Assembly (NCBI GenBank): GCA_964291315.2
Contig: OZ219753.1
Coordinates: 1,696,001 to 1,760,000, forward strand
DNA from: Candidatus Poribacteria bacterium
GTDB taxonomy: Bacteria > Poribacteria > WGA-4E > WGA-3G
DNA: 64,000 nt
Reading direction: 5' to 3'
Part shown: one piece after another, positions 29,339-39,355 of the stretch
Numbering within the stretch: the first letter of the stretch is position 1
Layout of the letters: each line of letters starts with the position of its first letter
Made by a program: the position numbers and the translations under genes
Notes under the pieces: model-generated
What the model saw: only the letters and a program-made list of their open reading frames with translations
What the model was told of the DNA's origin: nothing
Databases searched by the model: none

Positions 29339-30829
29339 TTACTTCTCTTCTTCTGGAGGTAGGAACTTAATTTGTGGTGGTGTCTTCAGGGCAGTCGTTG
29401 TAATCTGGACGTACTGCACAAATTCCGTTTCCGTCTCAATACCGTCAATACCGCCTCCCCAAATAGCGAAGGTGCGATAGGAAAGTCTACCTTCCGGATT
29501 AGCAGTTAGGACAATTGGTAAAAGTGGGCTTTCCGATGCTTCAAGGCGGGACGGCTGCGTCTCACGACCAGCGAGAGCGATGAGCGCAACCCCAAGCGTA
29601 TCTAGGCCGCTCGGATCTGTTCCCCAACTCCAGAGCCAGCCCTGTTTCTCGTCCTCCCCATAAGCAGCACTCAACCGTGGAATACCGGCGGCAATAGCAT
29701 AGCCTGTCGGCAGTCCCCCGTCAATATGAATGTGGTGCTCAATCCACGGATTCGCGCCATAGATAAACGTAGTTGACGTGAACCGACGGACTTCGCCCTG
29801 GATGTTCCACGATGGCAAAATCCGTTGAACGATGGAACGGATAGCACCATTCGCGAGAATTCGGACGTAATCTCCTTCAGTAGGCAACGGAATCATTTTC
29901 CCGTCCGCCTTCCGCCAGAGCGCGATACCGCCAGAGCCTATTAGTCCGTCCAACGACGTAAGAGCAACCATCTCCGATGTTTCAGGTTTAAGGAGGTTGT
30001 TCAGGGATAAACCGATCGATTTAGAAATATTCAACTGTTCTTCCAGCTCTGTCTCCTGCCCAAGTTCTGAGACCTCGCTATTGTAAGATTTCCGAACAAA
30101 ACAGACCTCTTGGTTCTCAAGATCACGGATTATCCACTGCTGCCCCGGTTTCTCTATTTCTATTTGAATTTGCTGGGAAAGAGTGATGCCGTTATTCTCA
30201 AAATGGTGTCTGAGTTCCGGCGAAATCGGGTTTTCGTAATCTAATTCGGGTTGAAACATTATGTCCACACTGAAAAGCTCAGACCGCTTTTTGCCATATG
30301 TAATAAAGGCACCATTCGGTTTCAGTAAATACGCAATCAAATTTGATTCCATCGCCGCGACAGCGTCTAGTTCAGGAAAGATTGCCGCACGCGTCTGTTT
30401 ATTGATGTCGAGTGTCAGCGTGGCCTTGACATTCGGGTCATAAAGGATGGAGACCTCTTTTGTTTCCTCTGGTTCTAAGTCTAAAAGAAAACAGAGCTGA
30501 TCACGCTCGCCGTCATAGTCCAAATCATCTGCTTGGGCAGGAACCATTACCTCGCGCGGCACCTTCCCTGTCACAACCGAATACGCTTTGAAGGCGAAAT
30601 CAGGGTTGACCTTTCGAAGTTGTGCTCCTGTTAACACTATCGGGACATTTTTTCGCGCAATAGGCAACGTGTTTTGAATAGTGAGACGAATTTTGCTAAT
30701 CTTCTGATTGCCACCGGGCATCGTGCACGCACTGAGCATCAGCAAAGCGATAAAGATAAACGGCAAACAAATTCTGGCAAAAGGGATAACTATATGTCTC
30801 TGAATGTTAGCTTGTATATGTATTTTCAA
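29339..30829 (-). CDS. Lipoprotein, DUF4861-like
   Basis: Lipobox LSAC; PAQADDLDYDGERDQL.F; ESNLIAY..YGK; ILANGAIRS. Confidence 0.6.
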   Translation of the reverse strand: MKIHIQANIQRHIVIPFARICLPFIFIALLMLSACTMPGGNQKISKIRLTIQNTLPIARKNVPIVLTGAQLRKVNPDFAFKAYSVVTGKVPREVMVPAQADDLDYDGERDQLCFLLDLEPEETKEVSILYDPNVKATLTLDINKQTRAAIFPELDAVAAMESNLIAYLLKPNGAFITYGKKRSELFSVDIMFQPELDYENPISPELRHHFENNGITLSQQIQIEIEKPGQQWIIRDLENQEVCFVRKSYNSEVSELGQETELEEQLNISKSIGLSLNNLLKPETSEMVALTSLDGLIGSGGIALWRKADGKMIPLPTEGDYVRILANGAIRSIVQRILPSWNIQGEVRRFTSTTFIYGANPWIEHHIHIDGGLPTGYAIAAGIPRLSAAYGEDEKQGWLWSWGTDPSGLDTLGVALIALAGRETQPSRLEASESPLLPIVLTANPEGRLSYRTFAIWGGGIDGIETETEFVQYVQITTTALKTPPQIKFLPPEEEK

Positions 30830-30856
30830 TTTTTTCCCTAAGTTTGAACCTCAGAA

Positions 30857-32011
30857 TTAAAGGTCTGGCAGCACTCCAAGGAGGCTTTCAATTTCAGATG
30901 TCGTGTTGTAGAAATGAGGTGAAACCCTAACGCCGGTCCCACGCTCGGCTGTGATGATATTTTCCGCATAGAGCATCTCGTATATTTCAGACGGGGTCTG
31001 CCTGCCATTCTCGAAGATGACGATCCCCGCTCGCTCTGAATCTACAGGCGGCGTGACGACGCGGTAGCCTTTGGTCTTCAACCCGGCTATCAAATGTGCT
31101 GTAAGTTCTAAAATACGAGTTTGGATTGTCAGAACACCGATCTCAAGAAGTAACTCAATTGCTGCTTTGAGACCATATAACCCGATACTGTTGTAAGACC
31201 CTTCCTCAAAACGGGTCGCATCCGGTTTCAACGTCAAGTCATAGTTGAGAAAATCACGAGGATTTACGACACTCGCCCAACCGACATTAGTGTTAATGAG
31301 TCGATCACGCTTGTCGTTCGCACAGTAGAAAATAGCTGCCCCCTCCGGCGCGAGCAGCCATTTATGTCCATCAGCAGCGAGAATGTCAACGTTCCAGGTT
31401 TGAACATCTACTTCAACGGCGCCGAGACTCTGAATAGCATCTACAATGAACCAAATATCGCGTTCCCGGCAGATTTGGCCGAGCGTCTGAATATCGTTTC
31501 GGAAACCGGAAGCAAACTCCACGTGGCTAACCGTTACAGCCCGTGTACACTCATCAATTGCCGAAACAATATCTTCGACGTAGATGCGCCCCTCTCGCTC
31601 CGGCACCATATGCGTTTCGACACCGTAGCGTTCCTTCAAACTCCACCACGGATAAACATTCGCCGGAAACTCCACTGCCGTTGTGACGACGTTGTCTCCC
31701 GTTCGCCAATCAATACCGTTCGCTGCAATGAGAATACCTTGTGTGGTATTCTTCATAAAAGCAACCTCTGTTACATCAGCGTTGATGAGCTGTGCGGCTG
31801 CATCTCGGCAGCTCTCAACCTCCGCTTCCCAGAGTTTAGCGTTCACAGCACCGTTCACGGTAGCATCTTCCAAGAAGCCTGTCATTGCCTCTTGCACCCG
31901 GCGAGATAATGGCGCAACCCCGGCGTGATTCATGTAGATATAGGTTTCAGTTACCGGAAACTCGCTGCGCCAACTCTGGCAAGATTTATAAGCAGTTGGA
32001 CTATTCAACAC
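30857..32011 (-). CDS. Class V PLP aminotransferase (cysteine desulfurase-like)
   Basis: YMNHAG, VDAIQSLG, DGHKWLLAPEG, RVSPHFYN. Confidence 0.9.
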   Translation of the reverse strand: MLNSPTAYKSCQSWRSEFPVTETYIYMNHAGVAPLSRRVQEAMTGFLEDATVNGAVNAKLWEAEVESCRDAAAQLINADVTEVAFMKNTTQGILIAANGIDWRTGDNVVTTAVEFPANVYPWWSLKERYGVETHMVPEREGRIYVEDIVSAIDECTRAVTVSHVEFASGFRNDIQTLGQICRERDIWFIVDAIQSLGAVEVDVQTWNVDILAADGHKWLLAPEGAAIFYCANDKRDRLINTNVGWASVVNPRDFLNYDLTLKPDATRFEEGSYNSIGLYGLKAAIELLLEIGVLTIQTRILELTAHLIAGLKTKGYRVVTPPVDSERAGIVIFENGRQTPSEIYEMLYAENIITAERGTGVRVSPHFYNTTSEIESLLGVLPDL

Positions 32012-33254
32012 GCTTTACCTCATTATCAGCATTCAAAAATGTTTCAACCGTGTAGTCTTTTACGCATCCAGCGTTAGCAAACACGATGAGCTCACCAAAC
32101 AAACCGGAGCAGAATACCAGAACCCCACTTGTGATGAAAATAGCACCAAAATTCGGAAGCTCCGCGAGATTCAACACGCTCAGAACAAAAGAGCGGATAG
32201 GCGCGGTTAGAAGAAGAACACCGAGTCCGAACAAGAAGGCACCGATCGGTCCCAAAAACCGAACGGGTCTTCGCTTAAATCGAAACATAAAGAGACGGGC
32301 CAGCCGACACAATTCTGGTAACTTCTGTTTAGCCCGTCGAATTTTATTTTCCGTTACCCAGCCAAGTACTAACAAAGCTATAGCCAAACCGAAGCAGCTA
32401 AATGCCCCGATGTCGGTACTTCCAAACAAGATACGCCCTAAGACGAAAAAAGGGAGGCTGAGCACTGCAGCGGCACGAAACGCCCGCTGCTGCGGATTGA
32501 AAAGGATATCGGATAACCGTTGCCATACTTTTTTAGGCTCTCGTGCCCTAGAAAGTGGGGCAAAAATGGAGATGATGAACTTGAACGCCATAATATCTAA
32601 CATTACACGCCATACCCTACCGAGTCCATACTTGCTTTTACCGAAACGCCTCGGATGATGTGTGACAACGATTTCAGCGATACGCGCACCAGCAACGGTG
32701 GACATCGCAGGAATGAACCGGTGCATCTCTCCATAGAGATGCACCCGTTTAATGACCGAGGCACGATAGGCTTTCAGTGAGCATCCGTTGTCGTGGATAG
32801 GCACACCTGTCACCTTACCAATTAGCCAGTTCGCAACGATAGAAGGGACGCGCCGTGTCAAGAATTTATCCTTCCTCTCTTTCCGCCATCCACACACCAA
32901 ATCGTGGCCTTCGTCCAATCTTTCAAGGAGTTTAGGGATATCAGCTGGATCGTTTTGCAGATCGCCATCCATACTGACAATCCGTTGCCCTTGAGCGAAT
33001 TCAAATCCTGCCGCCATCGCTGCTGTTTGACCAGCATTCTTTTCAAACCGAATGACCTTCAACTGCGGGACCTGTTTGCTGAGTTCCGAAAGAACCGCAA
33101 AAGTTCCATCGCCGCTCCCGTCATCTACGAACAATACCTCATAGGTGTCATTCATCGCATCGCAGACCGCTTGAATCTTTTCAAACAAGAGAAGAACATT
33201 CTCTTCTTCATTATAAACCGGGACTACAACGGATAAAGTTGGTGTTTCGTCCAT
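32001..33254 (-). CDS. GT2 polyprenol-phosphate glycosyltransferase (ArnC/DPM-like)
   Basis: VVPVYNE, VDDGS, DGDLQNDP, GEMHRFIP, C-terminal TM helices. Confidence 0.9.
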   Translation of the reverse strand: MDETPTLSVVVPVYNEEENVLLLFEKIQAVCDAMNDTYEVLFVDDGSGDGTFAVLSELSKQVPQLKVIRFEKNAGQTAAMAAGFEFAQGQRIVSMDGDLQNDPADIPKLLERLDEGHDLVCGWRKERKDKFLTRRVPSIVANWLIGKVTGVPIHDNGCSLKAYRASVIKRVHLYGEMHRFIPAMSTVAGARIAEIVVTHHPRRFGKSKYGLGRVWRVMLDIMAFKFIISIFAPLSRAREPKKVWQRLSDILFNPQQRAFRAAAVLSLPFFVLGRILFGSTDIGAFSCFGLAIALLVLGWVTENKIRRAKQKLPELCRLARLFMFRFKRRPVRFLGPIGAFLFGLGVLLLTAPIRSFVLSVLNLAELPNFGAIFITSGVLVFCSGLFGELIVFANAGCVKDYTVETFLNADNEVKRVE

Positions 33255-33472
33255 ACGCCTCTCTACTTGGCGATCAGATCGCTACGTTCTCAGCTTGCAT
33301 TCTTTCGACGTTTCAGTGATCAGCAGTCCGAGTTAAGTCTGTGAAGAGATATAAAATCTGTAAACTTGCAAAGTTATTTTAGGTTTACCCCAACTTTTGA
33401 TTCAACTGACCACCTCTTCAACACTTTGACCTGCCTGATGCCTGAAAATGAGCGAAGGGAACGCTTTGAACG

Positions 33473-34201
33473 CTAGCGCCAGTACGAGGCATTTAAAAGA
33501 ATCTGATGTGCTTCGCTGAGTGAGTCGAAAGTTCCTGCATCAACCCACTTTCCGCGTACAACACTGTATTCCAGTTCCCCACGATGTATGTAGGCGTTAT
33601 TGACAGCAGTTATCTCATACTCTCCGCGCGCGGAAGGCTCAATCGTGCGGATGATGTCAAACACAGATGCATCGTAAAAATAGGCACCTACGACGGCGTA
33701 ATCACTCTTCGGGTGCTCCGGCTTTTCGTCAATTGCGATGAGGCGGTGATCCCTGTTCAAAACCGCTACACCGTAACGTTCCGGGTCCGATACCTGCTTG
33801 AGCAAGACACGGGCCCCGGTCTGCTGCGCATGAAAATCATCGGCCGCCTGCTGAATTGAGGTTTCAAAGATATTGTCGCCCAGCAGAACTGCGATCTTAC
33901 CGTTGTTTGCAAACCTTTCTGCCAATGCCAAGGCGGGCGCGATGCCTGTCGCCTCTTCCTGAACCCGATATGTGAATTCACATCCAAAGTCCTTTCCGCT
34001 CCCCAGGGCGTTCGCAAAGTCGCCTACATATTGCGGATTCGTCACAATAAGAACATCGGTAATGCCTGCTGCAGTAAGCTGCCTAACACTGTGAAACACC
34101 ATCGGCTCATTGCCAACAGGCAAGAGATGTTTACTAGTGACTTTGGTGAGTGGATACAAGCGGGTCCCCAGTCCGCCTGCAAGGATTACGCCTTTAAGCA
34201 C
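33473..34201 (-). CDS. rfbA: Glucose-1-phosphate thymidylyltransferase (short form)
   Basis: GVILAGGLGTRLYPLT, LGDNIF, PSARGEYEIT, WVDAGT. Confidence 0.8.
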   Translation of the reverse strand: MLKGVILAGGLGTRLYPLTKVTSKHLLPVGNEPMVFHSVRQLTAAGITDVLIVTNPQYVGDFANALGSGKDFGCEFTYRVQEEATGIAPALALAERFANNGKIAVLLGDNIFETSIQQAADDFHAQQTGARVLLKQVSDPERYGVAVLNRDHRLIAIDEKPEHPKSDYAVVGAYFYDASVFDIIRTIEPSARGEYEITAVNNAYIHRGELEYSVVRGKWVDAGTFDSLSEAHQILLNASYWR

Positions 34202-34204
34202 GGT

Positions 34205-35104
34205 TTAACTATTCCCGCCCCGTCCGGGGAAAGTGAGTTCAGCGACACCCGATTTATCTAAACCGCCCAATCCAAGTTCAATCATTCGATCATATTGCGC
34301 CTTAGCTGCCTGCGCGAGCGGCAGAAAAATGCCAGCGTCATCCGCCAAATCAAGCGCGATACCTGAATCCTTAGAGGCGTGTGCCGCTGAGAAATAACAT
34401 TCATGATCACGTGCTGCCATGTCCTCTCCATCAGTTTCCAAGACCCGAGAGTTGGCACCAGTTTGGGCAAATACCTTTTGTAACATCGTCAGATCCAATC
34501 CGAGTGCTGCACCCAAGCCGAGTCCTTCAGCGAGTCCAGCAGTGTTGATGTTCATCACCATGTTGACAAGTGCCTTGACTTGTGCTGCCTGGCCAGCTTC
34601 ACCGATATAATGCACGGAAATACTCATTGATTCCAGAATGCGGAGGGTCTTGTCGAACGTCCCCTTTTTACCGCCACACATGAGATAGAGCGTGCCTTCT
34701 CGCGCCTGTGTGATACTGCTTGCCATACATCCTTCAAGGCTCTCTGCACCATATTTCGCCGCGAGCTGCTCAATATCAATGTGGACCTGCGGACTAACCG
34801 TTGCACAATTAATAAAGACCTTGCCAGCCGCGTTCTTGAGTAGGCTATTCGGGGTGTCTTCGGAGAAAATCGCCCGCATCGCAGCGTCATCCGTGACAAC
34901 AGTAATGATATAGTCTGCAAGTGCTGTAACCGTTGTGAGTTCGCCAGCCGCTGTTACCCCGATCTCCGCTGCTAGTTCTTCCGAACGTTCGCTTGTAACA
35001 TCGTATACAACGGCCACGCTAAACCCTTCATCGTTGAGATGACGAGCAATATTTGCACCCATCCTGCCCACACCTACAACGCCAATTTTATAATTTGAAT
35101 TCAT
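34205..35104 (-). CDS. NAD(P)-dependent beta-hydroxyacid dehydrogenase (3-hydroxyisobutyrate dehydrogenase family)
   Basis: GVVGVGRMG, QAREGTL..MCGG, KALVNM, KD. Confidence 0.88.
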   Translation of the reverse strand: MNSNYKIGVVGVGRMGANIARHLNDEGFSVAVVYDVTSERSEELAAEIGVTAAGELTTVTALADYIITVVTDDAAMRAIFSEDTPNSLLKNAAGKVFINCATVSPQVHIDIEQLAAKYGAESLEGCMASSITQAREGTLYLMCGGKKGTFDKTLRILESMSISVHYIGEAGQAAQVKALVNMVMNINTAGLAEGLGLGAALGLDLTMLQKVFAQTGANSRVLETDGEDMAARDHECYFSAAHASKDSGIALDLADDAGIFLPLAQAAKAQYDRMIELGLGGLDKSGVAELTFPGRGGNS

Positions 35105-35400
35105 CGAGTCTACCTCCTTGCCCTTATTCTGTCTAATTTTCGCATGCTAATAGGCTATTTCAATTTTTACATATTTTTCGATGTTTGTCAAGTTTTTCAT
35201 ATTTTTGCGTTTTCCTCAGGATGATTTAGCCTCCGGGGCTCTGCATTGTAGGGTAGAAGTTGCAATCAGGAGATCATCTGCAAAACGAAGCATTGGAATT
35301 TAGAAATCCATTTTATCAAACCTTCCGCTACAAACCTCTATTCCGTTGTGTCGGCGGTCCCGTAACGGTTAATCAGTTGTGTTAAGTAAAAAGATTTGAT

Positions 35401-35832
35401 AAAGTGTCTACAATGTGGTATAATATCTGCATTTCGTTAGGCAGACATAATCGGCATTGTCTCTCGACAATGCGTCTGCTACCCACTAATCGGAGGGTAA
35501 GGCGACATACGAGGTACACCATTGTATAGCACACAACACAAACTCTTTCGCGCGATTCGTAATCGCAATCTGAAACGATTGACGTGGATAGCACACGATA
35601 TTTGGAACTATTGCTTACGGCGACAACGCACGCGTCATTCGCGCCGTCGGTTTCCGTATAGGGCCTATAAGGTTGAGACATTAACCTTTGGATGAGCCGG
35701 TGTCAAAGTAAAGGTTGTGAGCTCCGCTCGTAGACTTCGGTTTCCGAAGTTGGAAACCTGCAACCTGCACCAAAAAGCATGGGATCCATTTCTAGAAGAA
35801 TCCCATAGGCTTTAAATGGGGGAGTAGGTCAA
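35401..35832 (+). mobile_element. Internally deleted, non-autonomous IS200/IS605-family (TnpB) element
   Basis: Preceded by TTGAT (35396-35400); left-end stem GCAGAC..GCATTGTC-TCTC-GACAATGC-GTCTGC (35441-35479); tnpB-like 5' stub; right-end GAATCCCATAGGCTTTAAATGGGGGAGTAGGTCAA ending in TCAA. Confidence 0.7.
35522..35695 (+). pseudogene. tnpB: tnpB 5' fragment (57 aa)
   Basis: GAGG RBS plus TTG; MYSTQHKLFRAIRNRNLKRLTWIAHDIWNYCL resembles the TnpB N-terminus (Y.YKL....N..L...(I/V)WN.C); too short for the ORF track. Confidence 0.6.
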
Positions 35833-35878
35833 AAGAAGTCAAATTAGCTAATATCAGAAAATTATTGACATTAAATTG

Positions 35879-35906
35879 TTGACATTTTTTGCAAATTCAG
35901 TATAAT
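35879..35906 (+). promoter_or_regulatory. Sigma70 promoter of the TPR lipoprotein gene
   Basis: TTGACA-16 nt-TATAAT; AAGGAGG RBS downstream. Confidence 0.65.
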
Positions 35907-35981
35907 ATAAAGAACACTGAGCAGTTGCCGGATAATTTACAAATATATCGGCACATTTTTAATTTTTAAGGAGGACTCACG

Positions 35982-37382
35982 ATGAACCGTTTCACATATG
36001 GTTTCGATCTCCGTGTAGGTCGAGCCCATCTTCTCATCCTTGCCTTCGCACTCCTATCTGTGACGATTCTCGGATGCGGGCAAGGCGGTATTAATCTCAT
36101 TCCGATAGGTGCCAAGGTCCAGAATGCCGACAGCGCGTTTGACGAAGCAGAAACGATGGAGGTACGCGACGACGATCCCGAAAAAATGGAAAAGAATCGC
36201 GCAAGACAGCGGGAACTTTACGATAAAGCGATGGCGCTCTATTTAGAAGTTATCGAACGCGATGAAAAAGGGAAATGGGCACAGCGCGCGCATTATCAGA
36301 TCGCTAAAATCTATAAGCGGCGCTATGAATGGGACAAAGCAATTGAACATTATGACACCATTGTCGCCCTGGACCCCACAGGATATTACGCCAACGAAGC
36401 TAAAAGTGGCACAGCGAATATTCGGAAAAACCGAGAGACCATTAAGACAAAGCGCGCTGACTTCCAAAACTACAAAGCTATTTATGATAACTCACCGACA
36501 GACGAGACCTTTAATATCGCTGCAGAAGCACTCTACGAAGTCGCCCGCGCTTATGAAAGCTTAGAGAATTACCCAGAAGCTATTCGTAACTATGAGCGAA
36601 TGGTTGCAGAATTTCCTAAGCATCCGAAAGCCCCACAAGCACAATTCCAAATTGGCAACGTCTACTTCTACACGCTTTATGATTATAAAGGCGGCTGGCC
36701 CGCTTATGTCGCAGTCACTGAGAAATTTCCGGATTCTTACGAAGCCTCACAAGCCGGAACACTCTTGAAGCAGACAGCGGAAGTTTTGACCGAGATCAGC
36801 TTCTTGAAGGACGAAATCGATAAGTTTCGCAACAAGAAAGCAGTCCAATACCAAAAGTCCGGACGAAAAATTACCCCCGCGGATATGTGGGTGATGGGGT
36901 ATAGCGACCAAGTCGTCCAAAATTTTCAACAGATTGCCGGAAATTGGGAAAAACTTCGTAACTTTCCACGCGCTATTAATGCCTACAAAACTTTGGCGAG
37001 AGATTTATCACACAAGAAATTCGCAGCCGCAGACGCTCTATACCGTACCGGTACGCTCTATCAGCAAAACGGTGAATACGAGCGCGCAATTGAGGCATAT
37101 GAAAATCTGTTTGAAAAAGCGCCCGAGTCGACATGGCGAAACGAAGCCGTTTACCAACAAGCCGTCTGTTACCGTTCCATCCGTGAATTCGGATCCGCCT
37201 ACGAAGGATTTAAAGCCTACATGAGCATTACAAAGGGCGATACACCCTACCTTCGAGAAGCAGAGCAGATTGTACGTCAGTACGAACTTGATCAAGATGA
37301 AGATGGATACAAGTTCTATGAGGAGCAAGAAGCCGGAACATCCGATCAAGATGCAAATTCCTACCCCGGTATGGGAAGCTAA
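35982..37382 (+). CDS. TPR lipoprotein (BamD/YbgF-like repeats)
   Basis: Lipobox ILGC; repeated A.Y..A..Y....Y..AI..Y....FP TPR units; acidic tail DQDEDG..E...GT.D.D. Confidence 0.85.
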   Translation: MNRFTYGFDLRVGRAHLLILAFALLSVTILGCGQGGINLIPIGAKVQNADSAFDEAETMEVRDDDPEKMEKNRARQRELYDKAMALYLEVIERDEKGKWAQRAHYQIAKIYKRRYEWDKAIEHYDTIVALDPTGYYANEAKSGTANIRKNRETIKTKRADFQNYKAIYDNSPTDETFNIAAEALYEVARAYESLENYPEAIRNYERMVAEFPKHPKAPQAQFQIGNVYFYTLYDYKGGWPAYVAVTEKFPDSYEASQAGTLLKQTAEVLTEISFLKDEIDKFRNKKAVQYQKSGRKITPADMWVMGYSDQVVQNFQQIAGNWEKLRNFPRAINAYKTLARDLSHKKFAAADALYRTGTLYQQNGEYERAIEAYENLFEKAPESTWRNEAVYQQAVCYRSIREFGSAYEGFKAYMSITKGDTPYLREAEQIVRQYELDQDEDGYKFYEEQEAGTSDQDANSYPGMGS

Positions 37383-37401
37383 TTCCCAACTAACCCGAAT
37401 T

Positions 37402-37438
37402 ATAGGGAAACCAGGGCCTCATGTTTTGGTTTCCCTAT
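37402..37438 (+). terminator. Probable intrinsic terminator
   Basis: Perfect 12-bp stem ATAGGGAAACCA...TGGTTTCCCTAT followed by CCCCTTTT. Confidence 0.6.
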
Positions 37439-37561
37439 CCCCTTTTATAACGAGGATGTTTTCGTTAGAGCTCTGGCTCTCAATTTGTACTGTAGAATTG
37501 ATGTCAGCACCCCACCATGACTTAACATACAGTCTATAGAACCATTGGATAAACAACGGAT

Positions 37562-38443
37562 ATGAGAGAAGTAACGCCACAAGTTGAAATCATCGCTGAA
37601 ACAAAAATGGATTTCGAACAACTTCAATCTTATTTGGATACGATTGGAGCAACAGAATATGACCCGCAACCCGCCGAAGCCGATGGCGAATCTCTGGTAA
37701 TAGCCGCCGGCAAGACGTGTTATCGAAGCTGGCAGCCTGGGCTGAATCCGAATGTAACAAGAACACGCAACGATGCAAAAGAGTATATCGGCAATATTAT
37801 AGACACAGGACACGGAAGCGTCCTCGAACATGCATCAGTCTCATTCCTAATTTACAATGTGTCCCGCGTGTTTACCCACGAACTCGTCAGACACCGCGTC
37901 GGAACCGCATTCAGCCAAGAAAGCCTCCGCTTTGTGCGGTTGACAGATATTGACTTCTGGATTCCACGGATCCTGAAAGATGAAGATAATGATGCCGGAG
38001 AAGGGGTCGCCCTTATCAAGACGGTAATTGAATACCTCGAATCCGCGCAAGAAAAACTCGCAAAAATTTATCAAATTGATGAACGAAAAAGCTTCGCTAT
38101 GAAGAAAAAACTGACCTCAGCTTTCAGAAGAATCGCTCCTATGGGAGTCGCAACCTGCATCGTATTTTCGATGAATCTTCGCACAGCACGCCATCTTATA
38201 CCCTTGAGGACTTCAAGGCACTCAGAAGAAGAAATCCGCCTCGTTTTCTCACAGATTGCCGAGATTCTCGTTGAACGGTTCCCAAACGTCTTTCAAGACT
38301 TCCATTTCCGGAGAGTCAGCGGGTATAAAGAATGGTACGCAGAGAACGCGGCACAACCCTATGATAAATCCGATTACGAACTCCGCAATTTAGAGCAACA
38401 GATTGAAAAACCGGAAAAACCGAAAAAAAATGGGCAAGAGTAG
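37562..38443 (+). CDS. thyX: FAD-dependent thymidylate synthase
   Basis: GHGSVLEH, SRVFTHELVRHR...FSQESLR, NLR, R....EEEIR. Confidence 0.95.
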   Translation: MREVTPQVEIIAETKMDFEQLQSYLDTIGATEYDPQPAEADGESLVIAAGKTCYRSWQPGLNPNVTRTRNDAKEYIGNIIDTGHGSVLEHASVSFLIYNVSRVFTHELVRHRVGTAFSQESLRFVRLTDIDFWIPRILKDEDNDAGEGVALIKTVIEYLESAQEKLAKIYQIDERKSFAMKKKLTSAFRRIAPMGVATCIVFSMNLRTARHLIPLRTSRHSEEEIRLVFSQIAEILVERFPNVFQDFHFRRVSGYKEWYAENAAQPYDKSDYELRNLEQQIEKPEKPKKNGQE

Positions 38444-38533
38444 GCTACACTTATGAACCCCGGCCATCTCGACTTACAACGCCACGCCTACATTAAATGC
38501 TTGAAATCTGCAGTCGCAGGTAAGGAAAATACT

Positions 38534-39328
38534 ATGTTTACAAAAATATTTCGTATCAGAATACTGTCTGAAGCTTGTGTCGAATCTACGATCCGTTATT
38601 TATTCACTTCGCTTTGTCTAATTCTATTAGCCAGTCTGCCAAGCACTGCCGATCTCACGAATGGACTCATCAACTATTGGCCACTTGATGGCGATGCCAC
38701 TGACAGGATCGGTAAACACGATGGAGAAGTCGTCGGGGCGGCTGTCTGGGTGAACGCGCGCGTCGGTAAAGGAGTCAAATTGGACGGCGGCTCCCAGAAA
38801 ATCCATATTCCCGATTACAAACTTATCACCGAAACAACAACTTTTGCCGCATGGATCAACGGGTGGAAAGCCTCAGAGTGGGCAGGCATCGTCGGATCGC
38901 GGACACCGACTGCTACAGAACTCATATTCGGAGACAACGACCTTCTCCATTATGTCTGGAACAATAATTCTGCCGAGACATGGCGGTGGGACGGTGGCCC
39001 CGAGATTCCCATGGAGGAGTGGGCCCTCACCGCGATGACGATTGAACCGAAACACGCAATACTCTACATCTATAGTGAAGCCGGCGGACTAGCGAAAGGG
39101 ATCAATAACATTCCACACATTGAACAGCAGATTGGCCCATTGAACATCGGATGGGTTGACTGTTGCGGCGGTAATCGGTACTTCAAAGGTATTATTGACG
39201 AAGTGATGATATTCGATCGGGTTTTGTCTGAAGATGAGATATTAAAGCTTGCAGAACAAGGACTCGCCGTGGATGCACTAAATAAATTAGCAACGACCTG
39301 GGGAAGACTCAGACGTTCACACCGTTGA
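38534..39328 (+). CDS. Secreted LamG-like protein
   Basis: Signal region, NYWPLDG, YFKGIIDEVMIFDRVLS, tail AVDALNKLATTWGRLR. Confidence 0.85.
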   Translation: MFTKIFRIRILSEACVESTIRYLFTSLCLILLASLPSTADLTNGLINYWPLDGDATDRIGKHDGEVVGAAVWVNARVGKGVKLDGGSQKIHIPDYKLITETTTFAAWINGWKASEWAGIVGSRTPTATELIFGDNDLLHYVWNNNSAETWRWDGGPEIPMEEWALTAMTIEPKHAILYIYSEAGGLAKGINNIPHIEQQIGPLNIGWVDCCGGNRYFKGIIDEVMIFDRVLSEDEILKLAEQGLAVDALNKLATTWGRLRRSHR

Positions 39329-39355
39329 ACAGAATTATAAGACACTGCCTCGGCA

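Noticed and set aside
35382-35681. 99-aa minus-strand ORF
   Set aside because: Antisense shadow of the TnpB mini-element
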